Below, piece by piece: positions 36,804 through 50,537 of a stretch of 64,000 nt of DNA. Location of the stretch: contig NW_003314291.1 in the NCBI RefSeq assembly GCF_000143415.4, positions 821,702-885,701 of the forward strand. Reading direction: 5' to 3'. Source of the stretch: Selaginella moellendorffii. Lineage: Eukaryota > Plantae > Lycopodiophyta. The notes beneath the pieces were generated by a model. That model did not search any database, had not been told where the DNA came from, and saw only the letters and a list, made by a program, of their open reading frames with translations. Position 1 is the first letter of the stretch. Every line of letters starts with the position of its first letter. The position numbers and the translations under genes were made by a program.

Positions 36804-39697
36804 ATGATGAAATGTGGTGCGAGACCAGGAGCCCCGAGCAGCGTAAGAAGTAATTCTACTCTTTTCTCGGTTCTGACGTTTTGATGTTGCAGTGTTCAAC
36901 TTCTATTCAATGGAGCACTTCATCTAAATGCGTCGGCCGCGTCTGTGCTCACACTGCTACAGACTGCTCCAAACCCGCACAGGAGAAAAAAGACAAGGAT
37001 GTCTCGTCCCTACTATGTTCTTTAAAGGCGTCCAGAAGCATTGCCCAGGTTCGCAGAATTCATGCAAGTGCTGTAGAAACCGGAGTGTCCTCGAACGTTC
37101 GCATTGCAAGCAGCTTAATCAGGATGTATGCCAAGTGCGGCAGCATGTCGGAGGCCCGAGAAGTCTTTGACAGTATCCACCATCACGACGTGGTATGCTG
37201 GACCGCACTGATACTGGGATATGTGGAAAACGGACAGGGAGAAGTGGCCCTTGGCGTGTTACTACAGATGCATCGCTCAGGCTGCAGTCCAAATGCTCGA
37301 ACTTTCACAGCGGCGTTCAAGGCCTGCACAGTTCTAGCAGCAAAGGAACCGGGCATGCAAGTTGATGGAAAGATGCTGAAAGTGAAGGCTTTGGAAAAAG
37401 GCATGGCTATTCACTCCCAGGCTCAGGATTTCAGTAGTGGGGATGCTTTCATTGGAAGTACTCTGGTGGAGATGTACTCCAAGTGTAGGAGCATGGTGGA
37501 CGCTCACAGGGCCTTCGATGGGACACAGCATCGTGACGTAGTGCTCTGGACGGCATTGATGGTTGGCTACGTTGAGAACGAGCAGTATGCGACAGCGTTA
37601 GAACTACTTCAAGCCATGCAGTTCAACGGCTGTATGCCAAATTCTCGAAGTTATGTGGCTGCTCTCAAGGCGTGCTCGAGTCTTGCTGCTAGAGAAGAAA
37701 GCAGGGAGATAGATGGAGGTTTTGTGAAACTGGTGGCACTGGAGCAAGGCATGGCTTTGCATTGCCAGGCAGCTCAGAGTAACAAAAGCGGCAGTGGGGA
37801 TTTGTTTGTGGGTAATATCTTGATCGACATGTACTCAACCTGTGGAAGTATGGTGGATGCAAGAGCAGTGTTTGACAAGATGGAACGTCACGATGTGGTC
37901 TCGTGGACAGCTCTCTTGTCAGGGTATGCTCAAAATGGGGATGGTGACACAGCTCTTGAGTTATTCGCAGCGATGAAGTCTGAGCCTTGTCTCCCAGATG
38001 CTCGAACGTTTGTTGCTTTACTGAAGTCATGTGTTGCCCTTGCTGGTAGAGAAAAGCCAATGCCTGTCCATGGAAAGCTTGTGAAAGTTTGCTCACTTGA
38101 GAAAGGGATGGCCATCCACTGTGAAGCTTCAAGCAGCAACTGTAAGTTCGATGTTTTCTTGGAAAACACTCTGATTGATATGTACTCCAACTGTGGCAGT
38201 GTGATGGACTTCAAGCTCGTCTTTGATCAGATGCAACGCCGGGATGTTGTGTCATGGAATGCGTTGATGCTTGGGTATGTTGAGAATTCGGAGTGTAAGG
38301 CTGCCTTACAGATGTTTTCGTCAATGCAGGAGGAAGGCTACAAACCAAACAGTCGAACGTTTGTTGCTGCAGTGAAGGCTTGCATCGGTTTGGCATTGGC
38401 CGAAGATGACACGAAAGTGGACGGGAGCTTCATGAAAATAGGCGCCCTGGAGAAAGGTATGGCTATTCACTCTGAGAGCATGAATAGATTATGTGACTCG
38501 GATGTTTTTGTTTCCAGTAGTCTGATCGACATGTATGCAAAGTGCGGAAATATGATAGACGCCTCCAAGGTGTTTAACAAGATAGATCGACCAGGTGTGG
38601 TACCGTGGACGTCACTGATACTGGGATATGCGGAGAATGGGAAAGCCGAGCTTGCGCTGGAGCTTTTCGTAGCCATGCAAGCAGAAAAGTGCCAGCCAAA
38701 CTCTCAGACATTTGCTGTGGCTTTCAAGGCCTGTGCTTGGCTAGCAGAGAAAGAGGAGTTCACAGAAGCTGGCCAGGGGAAGCTTGTGAAGCTGGTTTCT
38801 CTTGAGAGAGCTTTCGCTCTTCATTCTCGAGCCCCGAGGATAGAGAACTCCGCAGACAGCAGCACGGTGGTCGTGGAGATGTATGCAAAGTGTGGCAGCA
38901 CAGTGGACGCTCGGCGAGTTTTGGACGAAATGGAGTGCTGGAATCCAGCGTCTTGGTCAGCTCTTCTTGTGGGACACACCAGAAATGGAGAACTTAATGA
39001 GGCGATGGAACTGCTGTCCACCATGCCTAAGTCGAGAGGAGGAGATCCACGAACTCTAGCAGCAGCACTCAAAGCTTGCAGTAGTGTTGGGGCCTGGCAA
39101 CTAGGACGAAAAGCTCATGCAGAGATTTGCCGCTGTGGACTGGAGAGCAACCAAGTCATAGCAACATGCCTGGTTGACTTCTATTGCAAAGTTGGAAGTG
39201 TGGTTTTGGCTCAACAGGTTTTCGACTCGATGTTGTCGAAAGATCTTGTGGCCTGGACAGCACTTGTAGCTGGATATGGTCGCCAAGGAGATGCTGCCTC
39301 CATGTTTGAAAGCTTTCATAGCATGCGAGATTTTGGCCTTTGTCCTGATAGTTTTACATTCCTCTCGATCATCAGTGCTTGCAGCCATGCAGGACTTGTG
39401 AAACAGGGAAAGGAGTGCTTGTATGCAATGAAGACGAAGTATGGGATTTGTCCTGGGCATGAGCACTACCATGGAGTGATTGATCTCTTGGGACGAATAA
39501 ACCATTTGGATGAGGCAATGATGGTGTTAGAATCTATGCCTCTAGAACCCAACTGTGTAAGTTGGACTACCATTTTGAACGCATGTAAGAAGTGGAAAAA
39601 TATCAAGGTTGGGAAGATTGCATACAATGCTTTGGTGAAGATTGATAAAAGGAACAAAGCTGCATATACACTTATGGCTAATTTATATGGAAATTAA
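36804..39697 (+). CDS. Long PLS-class PPR protein with E domain
   Basis: 938-aa ORF of P-L-S triplets ending SACSHAGLV...HYHGVIDLLGR...AYTLMANLYGN*. A short first exon 36804-36842 (phase 0, 50-nt intron) is probable. Confidence 0.92.
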
Positions 39698-40179
39698 CAT
39701 TTACATGTTTGGTGAAAGAACAAAAGTTAGCAGTTGTGACCAAGAAAGCACAAATGAAGCACTCCATTATAATGTGTGATGTTGTGACAAAATAAAAAAA
39801 CTCTTATTCAATACTTCAATATTGGTGATAATGTTTCTCATCCCACTACTAAACAGATTAAGTGGAATCCCATGCACTGCACATGAATTTCATCTTTACA
39901 TGGCATTGTAAGAGGAGAGTTCTAGAATATTTATCTCAAACAATATAAATTAATTGTGAGAAAAATGCCTTTATATCTTCTAGACTTCTGCAAAGTTTTG
40001 TATCCAAGGCCAATGCAAGACCCAGCAATTCCATTTCCTAGAATTGGACCTGAAGTGAAGCTCACTAGATTGGAGAAAAATGATCTTCGCTTCAAGTCCT
40101 TTGCTTTTCGAAAATAATAGAGCTCAACATCGCAAAAAAGATGGTGGGTTTGAAGGCTTTCGAGAAATACAAGAGTAGT

Positions 40180-40585
40180 CTAGACTCTGAATCCTCGGCT
40201 GTTACGTCGCCCGCGAGCCTTCTCAAACCTGCACCCTCCCGAGCGGCCTGGGATACGCACAGAAAGCAAGAAGAAAACTAAGAAACAGGGATTACTCTCT
40301 TGGGCCAGAAGCGCGAGCTCGTCAAAGGTGAGGCATTTTCTTCCGGTCCTCACGCGAGTACCATTGTCATCCGCGGGTCTGTCATCGTCGGCGATCGTTC
40401 CAACAAGGGCAGCGATCTTAAACTCCTGTTTCACCATATTTTCCATGTTGGCGAGGCGGGAGAGTGACATTGTGATTTTACTCATGAATTTGCTGCTGGT
40501 CCTTCTGACCAAGGAAAGTAAGAAAATGCGTGAGAAATCGGCAACCGCTATAGATCCAATGCCAAATCACACGCACTCACCTTGA
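40180..40585 (-). pseudogene. RPL18: 60S ribosomal protein eL18 relic
   Basis: LVRRTSSKF, MSLSRL, KIAALVGTIADDDR, CLTFDELAL and RFEKARGRRNSRGFRV*, with large internal deletions. Confidence 0.85.
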
Positions 40586-40843
40586 GGTAGGCTAGCGGAT
40601 CCAATTCCTGGCAAGCAAAATCTATCTAAAGGCCCATTGCCTTGACCTAGATAAAGGGTAGGACAATATTTTAATTTTTTTTAAAGTTAAACCTGTTTAG
40701 TTAGACAAATGAACTTGATATTTAATTAAATCAAAGGGAAGTGATGTGTCTTTTTCTACCAGAGTCGTAGGGTACACGATGTGCTAACCAAACTATACAT
40801 CACGCCTACATGGGACTGATGATGCCACTCCGTGACGCCCATA

Positions 40844-42900
40844 TTTTTTTGCTTTTTTTTTGGCTTTGTTGCTATCTGAGCTTGTGTTGCTACTTTCATG
40901 ATTGGGAAGCAGACACATTCAGCTGAATGCATTGACTATCAGTCTTGAATATTTGTCCTTTGGGCCATCAGTCGAGTCACTATTCTCCACTCAACTCCAC
41001 CCCCACTCCACTGATCCCAAACATTCCACCGGAGATAAAAACATTCCACTGGAGATAATCTCAAGAACTTTTGGCGTGATTTTCGATCCGCCAGAGACGA
41101 GTCCATCTCCTGCAAGTTGAAGGGTCAGGGGCCTTTTACTTTAGTCGAATTACTTTCGATTATTATTACAAGCTCTGCTCCAAGCAACATTCATTTCAAA
41201 TGCAACATGAGTGAAGGAAAAGGTGGCGGTCATCTCTTTCAAAAAGGTGGAGCACAAGCAGATGTTGATTGTTGGGAGCCCGAGAAACTGCGGAAGAAAG
41301 CATACAAAAAGAAAAGCAGGAGAACTCTTTGTCAACGATATTGGAATGCCATACGTGGTACACATTGTGGCCAGCCAGCGAAAGAGGGCAACGTACAAGA
41401 CGCTTTCGTGAGTCGCGAGGTTTTCTTCGCTGGGCATGCCACCGACCTTCGAGTCGAACGAGCTCACAAGATTATGTGTCGTAACTCAAAACTGCGGCTT
41501 TTCCGCTCTCATGTTACGCGTGGAGCAAAGGTTTCTCCATCGCAGCCTCCAAGATTCGATGGACCTTTGACAAAAGGACATGCCCAAGATTTGCGACTGC
41601 GAAGTCTGGGCAGCAGAATTGGCCAACTTCGACTCCAAACTCCCCATCTTTCCAAGGCTCCAAACCAGGAATGGACCGCTCAACATTGACGCATGCATGT
41701 GGTGTTTACGCCCAAGATGAGCTCTTCAGAATTGCTTGATTTCCTTCTGTTATCTTAAGTTTGTGTGATGGACTTTGTATCTAAGGTGGCAAAGAAAAAA
41801 CAAGACGAGCGGCTTCTGAAAGGGATGGATGCACGCCTATCGCATGCCTTTGACGTTTCAAACCAATCCGGTGCGCTGTGTGTAATGAAAGGTATTAAGC
41901 TGTTTGCTAGTGCTGTAGTGAACCCTGAAGCTTCGGAGCTGCTGGGAGTTGCGGGCCGAGTTGAAACAACGTCTGGATGCATCGATCGATGGATGGGTTG
42001 ATGTACCAAAGTGAAACATCTCCATCGCATCACGGCATATGTAGATCTCGATTTCGTCAAACTGGGGGGGTTTAGATGCCGTGCAATTTCACTTTTCCAC
42101 ACATTTTTTTGGTGTACTCCTTGAGAGACCATCTTCGTTTCCCCGACGCACTGCAGGCCGTGGTAGTTTGATTTGTTTGGTGGTGGCCGTAAAATATTTC
42201 TTTGAAGTCCAAAGTTTTTGCATCTGTCGACCCAGTCCTCTAGTTTCGATTCCGATCTGATAGACTCACACATATACGAATGTATAAACAGAATATGCAC
42301 TTATAATTTCCGGCACGGCTTTGACCACTCTAGACGGTAGCTTGTTCACGAATCCTGATCATTATCCAAATGCAACTTGGTAAAGCAAAGACTTCCTTTT
42401 CATTACATCACCATAACTTTCCGGCAGTTCTTATAATATGACAAGCTCGACGATGGTCTTTCTCGGTGGCACTGCTGTAGTGCAAATATGTTAAGAGAGC
42501 TTGGATAGGCTCTCCATCGTCGTCTGGAAATCACGTGGCAAGATTCTCATGCGTGCTCTGCTCTTGGAATTTCTGGGAGTGTCTTGTCCGACTGTCTCCT
42601 TCGCTGTGATCTTCTTTTCTCTTTTGGTTAAATTTTTTTTCCTTGGTGGTACACTTGAATCATTTGGAAACAACCAAAGGTACCGTATAAATATCGATTA
42701 GCCGAGAAACTATCAAACTTCAAATGTATAATTTGACTGGATTGCTGCTGCTGACACAACGAATGATCAACGCTGGAAAACCCATAACAAAATACTTAGT
42801 GAGAAGTTTTGATAAGTATTTAAGCTCAGGGAAGCTTCTCTTTCAGTTGCCGAAATTGTGGAGATTTTAAATCCAAGGCCGTTAGCTGTTCGAAAACCGA
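40844..42900 (-). mobile_element. Possible heavily decayed L1-type LINE 3' portion
   Basis: Intronless broken minus-strand frames include WRLRWRNL..KPQF, resembling the region before zf-RVT. A plus-strand T-tract at 40844-40861 could be a poly(A) tail. No RT core motif was recognised. Confidence 0.35.
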
Positions 42901-44540
42901 CACCATTGCGAGGCGGGCATTTTGCTAATTTTTAGCAAAAACCACACCGTGTTTCTGTCCCAACACGCTTGCTAAATTGCTATTATAATTCTCCCACTGA
43001 AAAAGCTGGCTAAGCCAAGAAGCCACAAGTTTGTTTGTCGGGAACAAGGATTTGGGAGCTTCAAACCCAGGAAAAACCACGTCAATTTCGTGGGAACCTT
43101 TCCCGGATTCCTTCTCCGAAAAGCCAAAAAAACGGCCCAGAGAGGAAAAAAAAGAAGAAAAAATCCTTGCACTTCCATCTTTGATCTCTAAGCAGCCGCC
43201 GCCAAGGATATCCCCTCCATGGATGGGGAATCTCAAGGCTTTTGTCGACGTGGGAAACGACGAGTGACAAAAGGTGGCGGTGAAAATGAAAATGCCACAC
43301 AGAAAAGTATAGAGACAAGAGAGGGTTCTTTCTCTCTCTCTCTCTTCTCCAGAAACGTTGTTTTATGAGCCATCAGAATTGTTGGTTGGCTGGCTGGCTG
43401 GATTGGATCGAAGCGAACCAACAAATTTTGGGGAAGAAGAGGGCGAGCAGCCATGAATAACTGTGAATTGATCGACCCCATGGATCGATCTGGAGAAAGA
43501 TTGATGGAGAAAGAGATTCAAGCTACATTCATGAATGTTTCTCATTCAGTGTAAGTACAAGCGTGGTTTTTGTCTGTTTTTCGCGTGGGCGTGTTTGTAT
43601 ATAGAACAAAGTAGAAGAATTGTTCATGGATGTCCTCTATTCAGCGGAGTATCCAGCACCACCACCGTATTGACTTTGAAGGCAAAATTATAATATACTA
43701 TTTGATCAAGAGACAAAGTTTAGAGGTAAGAACAGGAAAAAAAAAACGCAGGGGGCGCTTTTGTTCACATTTGATAAAAAGGTATAGTTTCCGCGGGTTG
43801 GAAGTATGCACGCAATTCCCTCAATACCAATGAAACCGACACCAAAAATAATTTAGAATTTCTACTTAAGAGAGAAAACATAAAAATAATAAATAATAAT
43901 AATAATAAATAAATCAGCGTGAATTATGCTCCAATCATATGGCTGCGGCGCAGTCAAGTTTACTCCAATCCAATGCGTCTCTCCAAGTTAGAACATTTCT
44001 AGCTAAGCATGCTTTAGTTAATATAATCTGTAGTTTAACCAGATAAAAATAATGAGAGGATAAGAGTAAAGAAAATATTCCATTGAATTAAAAATTCATC
44101 AAAGTCCGAGTCAAATAAATTGTTACTTGTGTAGGTTGAGAGCTCATTTCCAAGAAACACTGCTGAGTGAGAAGTGCTCCTACTTTGAGCAGCCATTCTT
44201 TCTCCTGTTTCCATATAGTCTTCTCTCACACACTCCATCATCACAGTGCGCACGAACACATCGAGAAAAGATAGAATTAGGATCAATCAATCAATCGCGG
44301 CGTCAATCATAGTTTGTCCACTGCAGGGCCAGGGCCGCGAGAAGAAAAAGAGAAGAACGAAAAGGGGGGCTGGGATTCGGGAAGAGCTCGAGCTTTGATT
44401 GAGTTGAATTCCATTGGCGGTGGTGTCGCTAGCAAAAGCTTCGATCAATCTCGAGGCTCACGTTCGGCTTTGGAGGGAAGAAGAGAAGGAGAAGAGGAAG
44501 TTTGTTTTGGGTCGTCATTCGAGAGGGATTTGTTCTGAGC

Positions 44541-46150
44541 ATGAGCGCCATGGTGGTGCAGCAGCAGCAGCAGCAGCAAGGAAGCAATCGGTCCAGGCCT
44601 CCTCCAAACATTTGGCTTCCACCGGGATTCCGGTTCCATCCTACCGACAACGAGCTCATCACCTTCTACCTCGTCAAGAAGGTCGTCAACACAAAATTCG
44701 CGGCGCACGCCATCGCCGAGGTCGATCTCAACAAGTTCGAGCCATGGGATCTACCCGGTAAGGAGGAACTCTCCCATCTTCTCTCGCATTCGTTTCTATG
44801 ATTTCCTCTCACTCTCTCGACGTTCTTGGGCTTGAATTTGCTGCATTGCATTCATGGCATTCCAAGGAACTTGGAATCGATCACTTGGGTCGAGTTGCCT
44901 GGACGAAATTCCTCTAAAAATCTCTCCTTTGTTCTTTTTTCTTTCCCGGCAGAGAAAGCAAACATGGGAGAGAAGGAATGGTACTTCTTTAGCTTGAGGG
45001 ACCGGAAGTACCCGACGGGGATGCGTACGAATCGGGCAACCGAGGCCGGCTACTGGAAAGCAACCGGCAAAGATCGAGATGTCCGAGGAGGAGGAGGATC
45101 CAACGTCAACAACAGCAACAGCAATGGACCCGGAACTTCTCTTGTGGGTATGAAGAAAACGCTGGTTTTCTACCGGGGCCGCGCTCCCCGGGGCGAGAAA
45201 ACCAATTGGGTCATGCACGAGTATCGATTGGAAGGCAAGACCGCCTACTTGTATGGATCCAGAGCCGCCAAGGTGAGTAATTTCTCGCGCCAATACCTAA
45301 TGCTCTGTTTTTTTTAAGTGTGTTCTTCGTGTTCTTCCTTCGTGTTCTTCGCTTGTTCTTCGTGCGTTCTCGTGTTCTTCCTTTCTTTGTTCTTTGTTCT
45401 TTCGTGTTCTTCCTTTGTTCTTCGTTTGTTCGATGAATCATGGGATTGACTTCTTCTCTTTTGTCTGAATCCCAGGAGGAATGGGTGGTGTGTCGGATCT
45501 TCCAAAAGAAGGCCTTGGCCGCCGCCAAGCTGAGGGCATTGTCCGAGGACAACGCCGCCATCACCACCGGCGCGGCACACGACTCGGACGATCACGAGGT
45601 TCCTTGCTCGCCCGGCGCCGCCACCGCCAAGCCCGAGCTGGACGATCACTTGTCTTGCATTTCCGGCGTCGACGATCAGCAGCAGCAGCACCAGTGCTCC
45701 AAGAACTTCCCCGGGCTCTACAGCACGGGAGACTTTGCCAAGCTCTTCGATCCCGAGTTCCTCCCGCCGCTACGATCATCCCAAGTGAGCCCCTACGCCA
45801 CCAACGCGAGCTCGTGCTATAGCAACAAGGGATCGTCCTTGACAAAGTCGTGCAAGAGCGAGCCTTACGCCGCCGCCATCCCGCCGCCTCTCGCCGACAT
45901 TAGCAGCCCCAGCGCCGCCGCCGCATACAACGCGTTTGCGGGCTTCGTGGGCGATCACACAGCTCTAAACTTCTCCTCCTCGTCCTTCGATTCATCACAC
46001 TCCACCTCCCAGCAGCAGCAGCCATTCTTCCAGCAGCATTCCGCCGCCACTGCCGATCAAGGCTTCATCAACGAGTTCCTCTTTAGCCGCTTCCTGGCCG
46101 ACCCATCGTCCTCGAGCTCCTCGGATTTGGACCAGCTCTACGCGTTCTAA
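44541..46150 (+). CDS. NAC transcription factor, NAM/CUC-like, 3 exons (44541-44757, 44953-45272, 45476-46150)
   Basis: [94 protein letters not shown]. Confidence 0.95.
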
Positions 46151-47092
46151 TCTGACAAGACGAACCAACAACAACATCGACAGATCTCCAGGTCGTCTTT
46201 CCTTCCATCAAAGGTTGGTGTACAGATTGTTTTCCCAGGTGATCTAGCAGCTCAAAAACTATCATACGTGAATTATATCAGATACATAGAAGACTGTACA
46301 TGACAAAGATCAGGGTATAGTGATCGTATTCATACGAGGTGGCTTTCAGATACAATCACAGACAATGATCTTAGAGACAGGAAACTATTCATGTTCTTTC
46401 AATTCAGCTTCCAGATAATGAACAAGCTTATCCATTTGACAAAGCTTGTAGATTATAAAACAATACTATCAAAGGCTGCGCAGCTATCAAGTCTTTGAGT
46501 CAGTAAGATACCATTCGAGACTGCTGCGCTTGTTTGTAGCTGGAAAATCTGGAGGAAGAACCAAAAAGAACTGAAGAGAAAAAACACGTTGCGATTCCGG
46601 GTTGGGTGGAGGGAAGCTACCTCATAACTGAGCAGTGTTGTGTTTGTGTCAAACTTCTCTCCTCCAGTGCTGGCGCTTTGCATTGGCGCCAAGGATTGAG
46701 GAGATGACGAGTTTGTCTTACGACAGCATCAGCTCGATACCCCGAGCTCATCTTCTAGACCTGAGATCATCCGCGAGAGTTAAAGTAAAAAACGTAACTT
46801 GCCAAATACCTTTGTTTTTAGCGAGCATTAGCCTCCAACGTGGGACCTGCCCGAGCAAGTCGGCTAGCTGTGCGTTTCCCAGAAAACCAAATCCTTTTTT
46901 GTTCTCCCACCTAGAAAACACAAATCCAGTCATTCACCACCACTTGATCGGATTTCAACAGTATCGAAGGAATCCAAATCAGCGCAATGCTGTAAAACAA
47001 CCGACTGCACAGGAGAGGCTCACAATCTATCGTCACTTCCATTTTAAAGTCAAAGATAAAATGTACCAAAACTTTTTACGTCGCCTCCTTGT

Positions 47093-48846
47093 CTAATGGA
47101 CAACTTGGCCTTGGAGAGCCACTGGTACACCGTTTGTAGCTCTTGCATTCTCCACACTTCTTGTCACATTCCAAATATTTTCCTAAAAAAAAGAAAAAAA
47201 CCTGTTAGAGGTCCCTGTACTGGATCTGAAAGAGGAATACCTTCCAAACCGCCAGCTTCGCCCGGAGCTCCTTCCATTGCGTGGGGCCGAACACCCTCTC
47301 CGTGCAGCGGCTGCATTCGAAAAATCTGTGTAGTCAGTCCGCTGTAGCAATCACTAAAAAAGTGACCTTATGACAACATGTTGATGCATTTGATCCATTT
47401 TTGCATCCAACATCTTCGTTGCTATTCCCTTGACGATCCAATATTCGACTTCATCATCTCCGACCTGGCGGGTTTCGTTTCGTACTGATTTCATTCGACA
47501 AGAAAAGGACAAAGGAAAAAAAATGCTTACCTTTAATGCATCCTTGATCGTTACATAAGGGATTTCCCGCGAGGCTTTGGAGGCAAGCCCGGCCAGTGAC
47601 ATAAGTCGCATCTTTGTGATGCACTCCTCATGCACCAATCCTGCGCATGCCGCCTAGTAAGAACAAATACGTGACCAAGGCTGAATCATACCGTAGTTTT
47701 TAAACAGATTTGGATTGGAGGCTTGAAACTCTAGATATGCATCCAGGCGAGAAGTCAAAAAGATCTCAAGAAGCCGATAAACTGGGGCATACTTGGAATC
47801 CTTTTCAAGCTGACAAACAGCTGCCATGTCTAGCAGGTCACACTGAAACACCAAAGTTTAGAGAAAGGAGATGAGACGGAGTAGTAAGAGAAAACCTGGA
47901 ACATGTCTGGTGCTTTCACAAACTCGATGATTGCTCTCACAGCTTCCTCCTTCGCTTCTCCAAGGGTCTGATTGTCCTCTCCAGAAAATGTAGCCAGGTA
48001 CTTCAGCAAGAAGCTGAAAGAGTCTTTTGCAGAGCTGCAAAACAGAAACGCGTTTGAGGAGAAAATGAGCTTAGAACGAAGTGCCAGTGTCATACCTTTT
48101 ACCGTCTTTCAAGATATTCGTGATGGCAAGAAACAGTTTTCTCTTCTCTGCCTTGGCGATGTTCCACTCTTTTAAGAACGCATCCATCCGCTTGAAAGAC
48201 GGGGTCACCATCTCTGTGACTTTTCCATTAACAGCAAAATCCACAGCTCTCTTGAATGTAAGGAAACGTCCATACGGATTGTCAAGAACGTTGTATAAGT
48301 TGAAAAGACTGTTCAAAGAAAAAAAAAACAAGAAAGAAGAAACCATTAGCACGAATGCTCTAATCGAACAGGAGCTTACATTCTCAAACGAAGTGCCGGC
48401 TTATCAGTTACATTCGGTGTAACTTTCGAAGCAATCTGATCAGCCATCGCGAGAGCCTCATCTGGACTCCTGGCCTTGGACACTAGATTCGTTATCACAG
48501 AGAACACAGCCTCGGAATCTAGACAGACAAAGGAAACTCCTTTTAACTCCAACAAAATACAAAGAAAGCTCAAACCTTTCTCGGGGGTGTTGCTCAAAAC
48601 CATCTCCGACGACGTCAAGAGCAGCGACACAAGCTCCGACCACCGATTCTCCACGGCCAGATTCTCAGCCTCCTCGCAAATGCGGGAGATCTCAGCCTCC
48701 GCGACCTAGAGAAGAAATTTCCTGAGCCAGGAAGACAAAGATCAGCCACTTACATCGGCGCCAGCTTTGGCCCACGCGACATCAGCTGTGAATCGCGCCA
48801 CGGCGAGCACCGGATCCTCCTCGCCAGTCTCCACGAGCGTCGTCAT
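47093..48846 (-). CDS. eIF3m: Eukaryotic translation initiation factor 3 subunit M (PCI domain), multi-exon
   Basis: MTTLVETGEEDPVLAVARFTADVAWA, LFNLYNVLDNPYGRF, FQCDLLDMAAVCQLEKD, KMRLMSLAGLAS, LDAKMDQMHQHVVI. Confidence 0.92.
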
Positions 48847-49002
48847 GCTGGGCGACTAGGGCTAAAGTGAATATTCCTTTCCCATAAACCCTAGTTTTAA
48901 ACCAGGGAATATGCCAAGGCAATGCGTCAGGGGTTCGATCCTCGTTATGAAACCCTAAAATGGGGCTAGAGTAGAAGCAGGGATTTGGGGAGGGAGGGAG
49001 CG
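48847..49002. promoter_or_regulatory. Compact bidirectional promoter (eIF3m/DCP1) with telo-boxes
   Basis: 156 bp between divergent ATGs; AAACCCTAG at about 48885 and AAACCCTAA at about 48951. Confidence 0.65.
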
Positions 49003-50537
49003 ATGGCGATGGGGCAGAGCGCCAAACCAATGCCGCAGCTTGATCAGCAGAGCACCAAGGAGCTCAATCTCACTGTGCTCCAGCGCATGGACAAGCACGT
49101 CGAGGACATTCTCACCACCGCGGGTCACGTTACCTTCTACGAGTTCAGCATGGACCTCAATCAGTGGGTAAGGGCCTGGGCTTGGAATTCTGGGCGAGGG
49201 GTTTGGATCCTTTGCTGGATTTCGAGGCGCTAATGCTCGATCCTATCGTTATTCGCAGAGTCGAAAGGATGTAGAGGGGTCATTGTTCGTTGTGAAAAGG
49301 CAAGGATGGATCTTGTGGTGTGGTTTGTTTTTATTCTGTGCTCTTGGTGATCTAGGCGGATGCAGCCCAGGTTCCAGTTCATTGTCATGAATCGCAGAAG
49401 CACAGGTAAGAGTGATTGCAACTCTCTCTCTCTCTTTGTTTTTCTTAGACGCTAAAAAACTCGTCCTTGCTGGATTTGTTTTGACGCGTTGGTGATTGTG
49501 CCTGTCAGAGAACTTGGTCGAGGATCTCCTCAGCAATTTCGAGTACGAGGTCCAGGTGCCTTACCTGCTCTACCGAAATGCAGCGCAGGAGGTTAACGGG
49601 ATCTGGTTCTACAATCCACGGGAGTGTGAAGAAGTTGCCAAGTTATTCTCGAGGTTTGTTATTTGCTCTTTTTTTTTTTTCTCTTGAAACGCTGAAAGTC
49701 TGATTTTGGTGAGATCTACAGGATACTCAACGCCTTCTCGAAAATTCCTCCAAAGCCAAAGCTGATCAGCCAGCCGAGGTTGTAGTAGATCTCTTCTCAT
49801 CTTCCTGACTGGATTTGACATGGTGTGCTTACTGAAGCGTGCAGTAATGAATTTCAAGAGCTAGAGGCAGTTCCGACAGCGGCCATTGTGGAGGGACCAC
49901 TGGAACCAGCAAGCGCCGTTCCAGAAGAACCACTGGAGCGGTTTTTTAACGTAAGCCCATCTTCCACTCTCACATCTAACAAACATTTCTGTCTCTTTTT
50001 TTTTTTGTTTTCTGCTTTACAGAATGCTTTACAGCTGAATGTGGATCCTCCACCACCATCTTCTCGGCCTCCAGTCGCGACAGTTCCCATTATCCGTTCG
50101 ACCGTGCCACCATCTTCCAATGTAGCACCCGTCGTTCCACCCCCGGTCGCGAGCGTCCCAGCCATTACGACTGTGACTCCAGAGCCAGCCGAAGGAACTC
50201 CCGTTTTGGTGAAGCCATCCTTCTTCATGACGCCTCCAGCGTCCACGGTTCTCGCTCCTCCTCCTCCTCCTGTTCTTCAACCATCGCATGGTGCGCCTTT
50301 TCTCCAACCATTTCCACCGCCAGCTCCACCTCCATCGCTTGCTCCAGTTTCCGCGACTTTGATCACGAGGGAGGGAGTTCGGGATGCGCTCTCGCGGCTC
50401 GTTCAGGTAGATTAAAGTTGTCTTTGTTTGTTGATGGTGTTCTTACTTTTTTGTTTTGGTTTTGGTCTTTGTTTGAGCAGACTGATCAGTTTATCGACCT
50501 GATATACCGTGAGATGCTCAATGCACACACCAAGTAG
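49003..50537 (+). CDS. DCP1: mRNA decapping activator DCP1, multi-exon
   Basis: LDQQSTKELNLTVLQRMD..ILTTAGHVTFYEF..SRKDVEGSLFVVKR..PRFQFIVMNRRS..PYLLYRNAAQEVNGIWFY, with C-terminal trimerisation helix ITREGVRDALSRLVQ-TDQFIDLIYREML. Confidence 0.95.
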
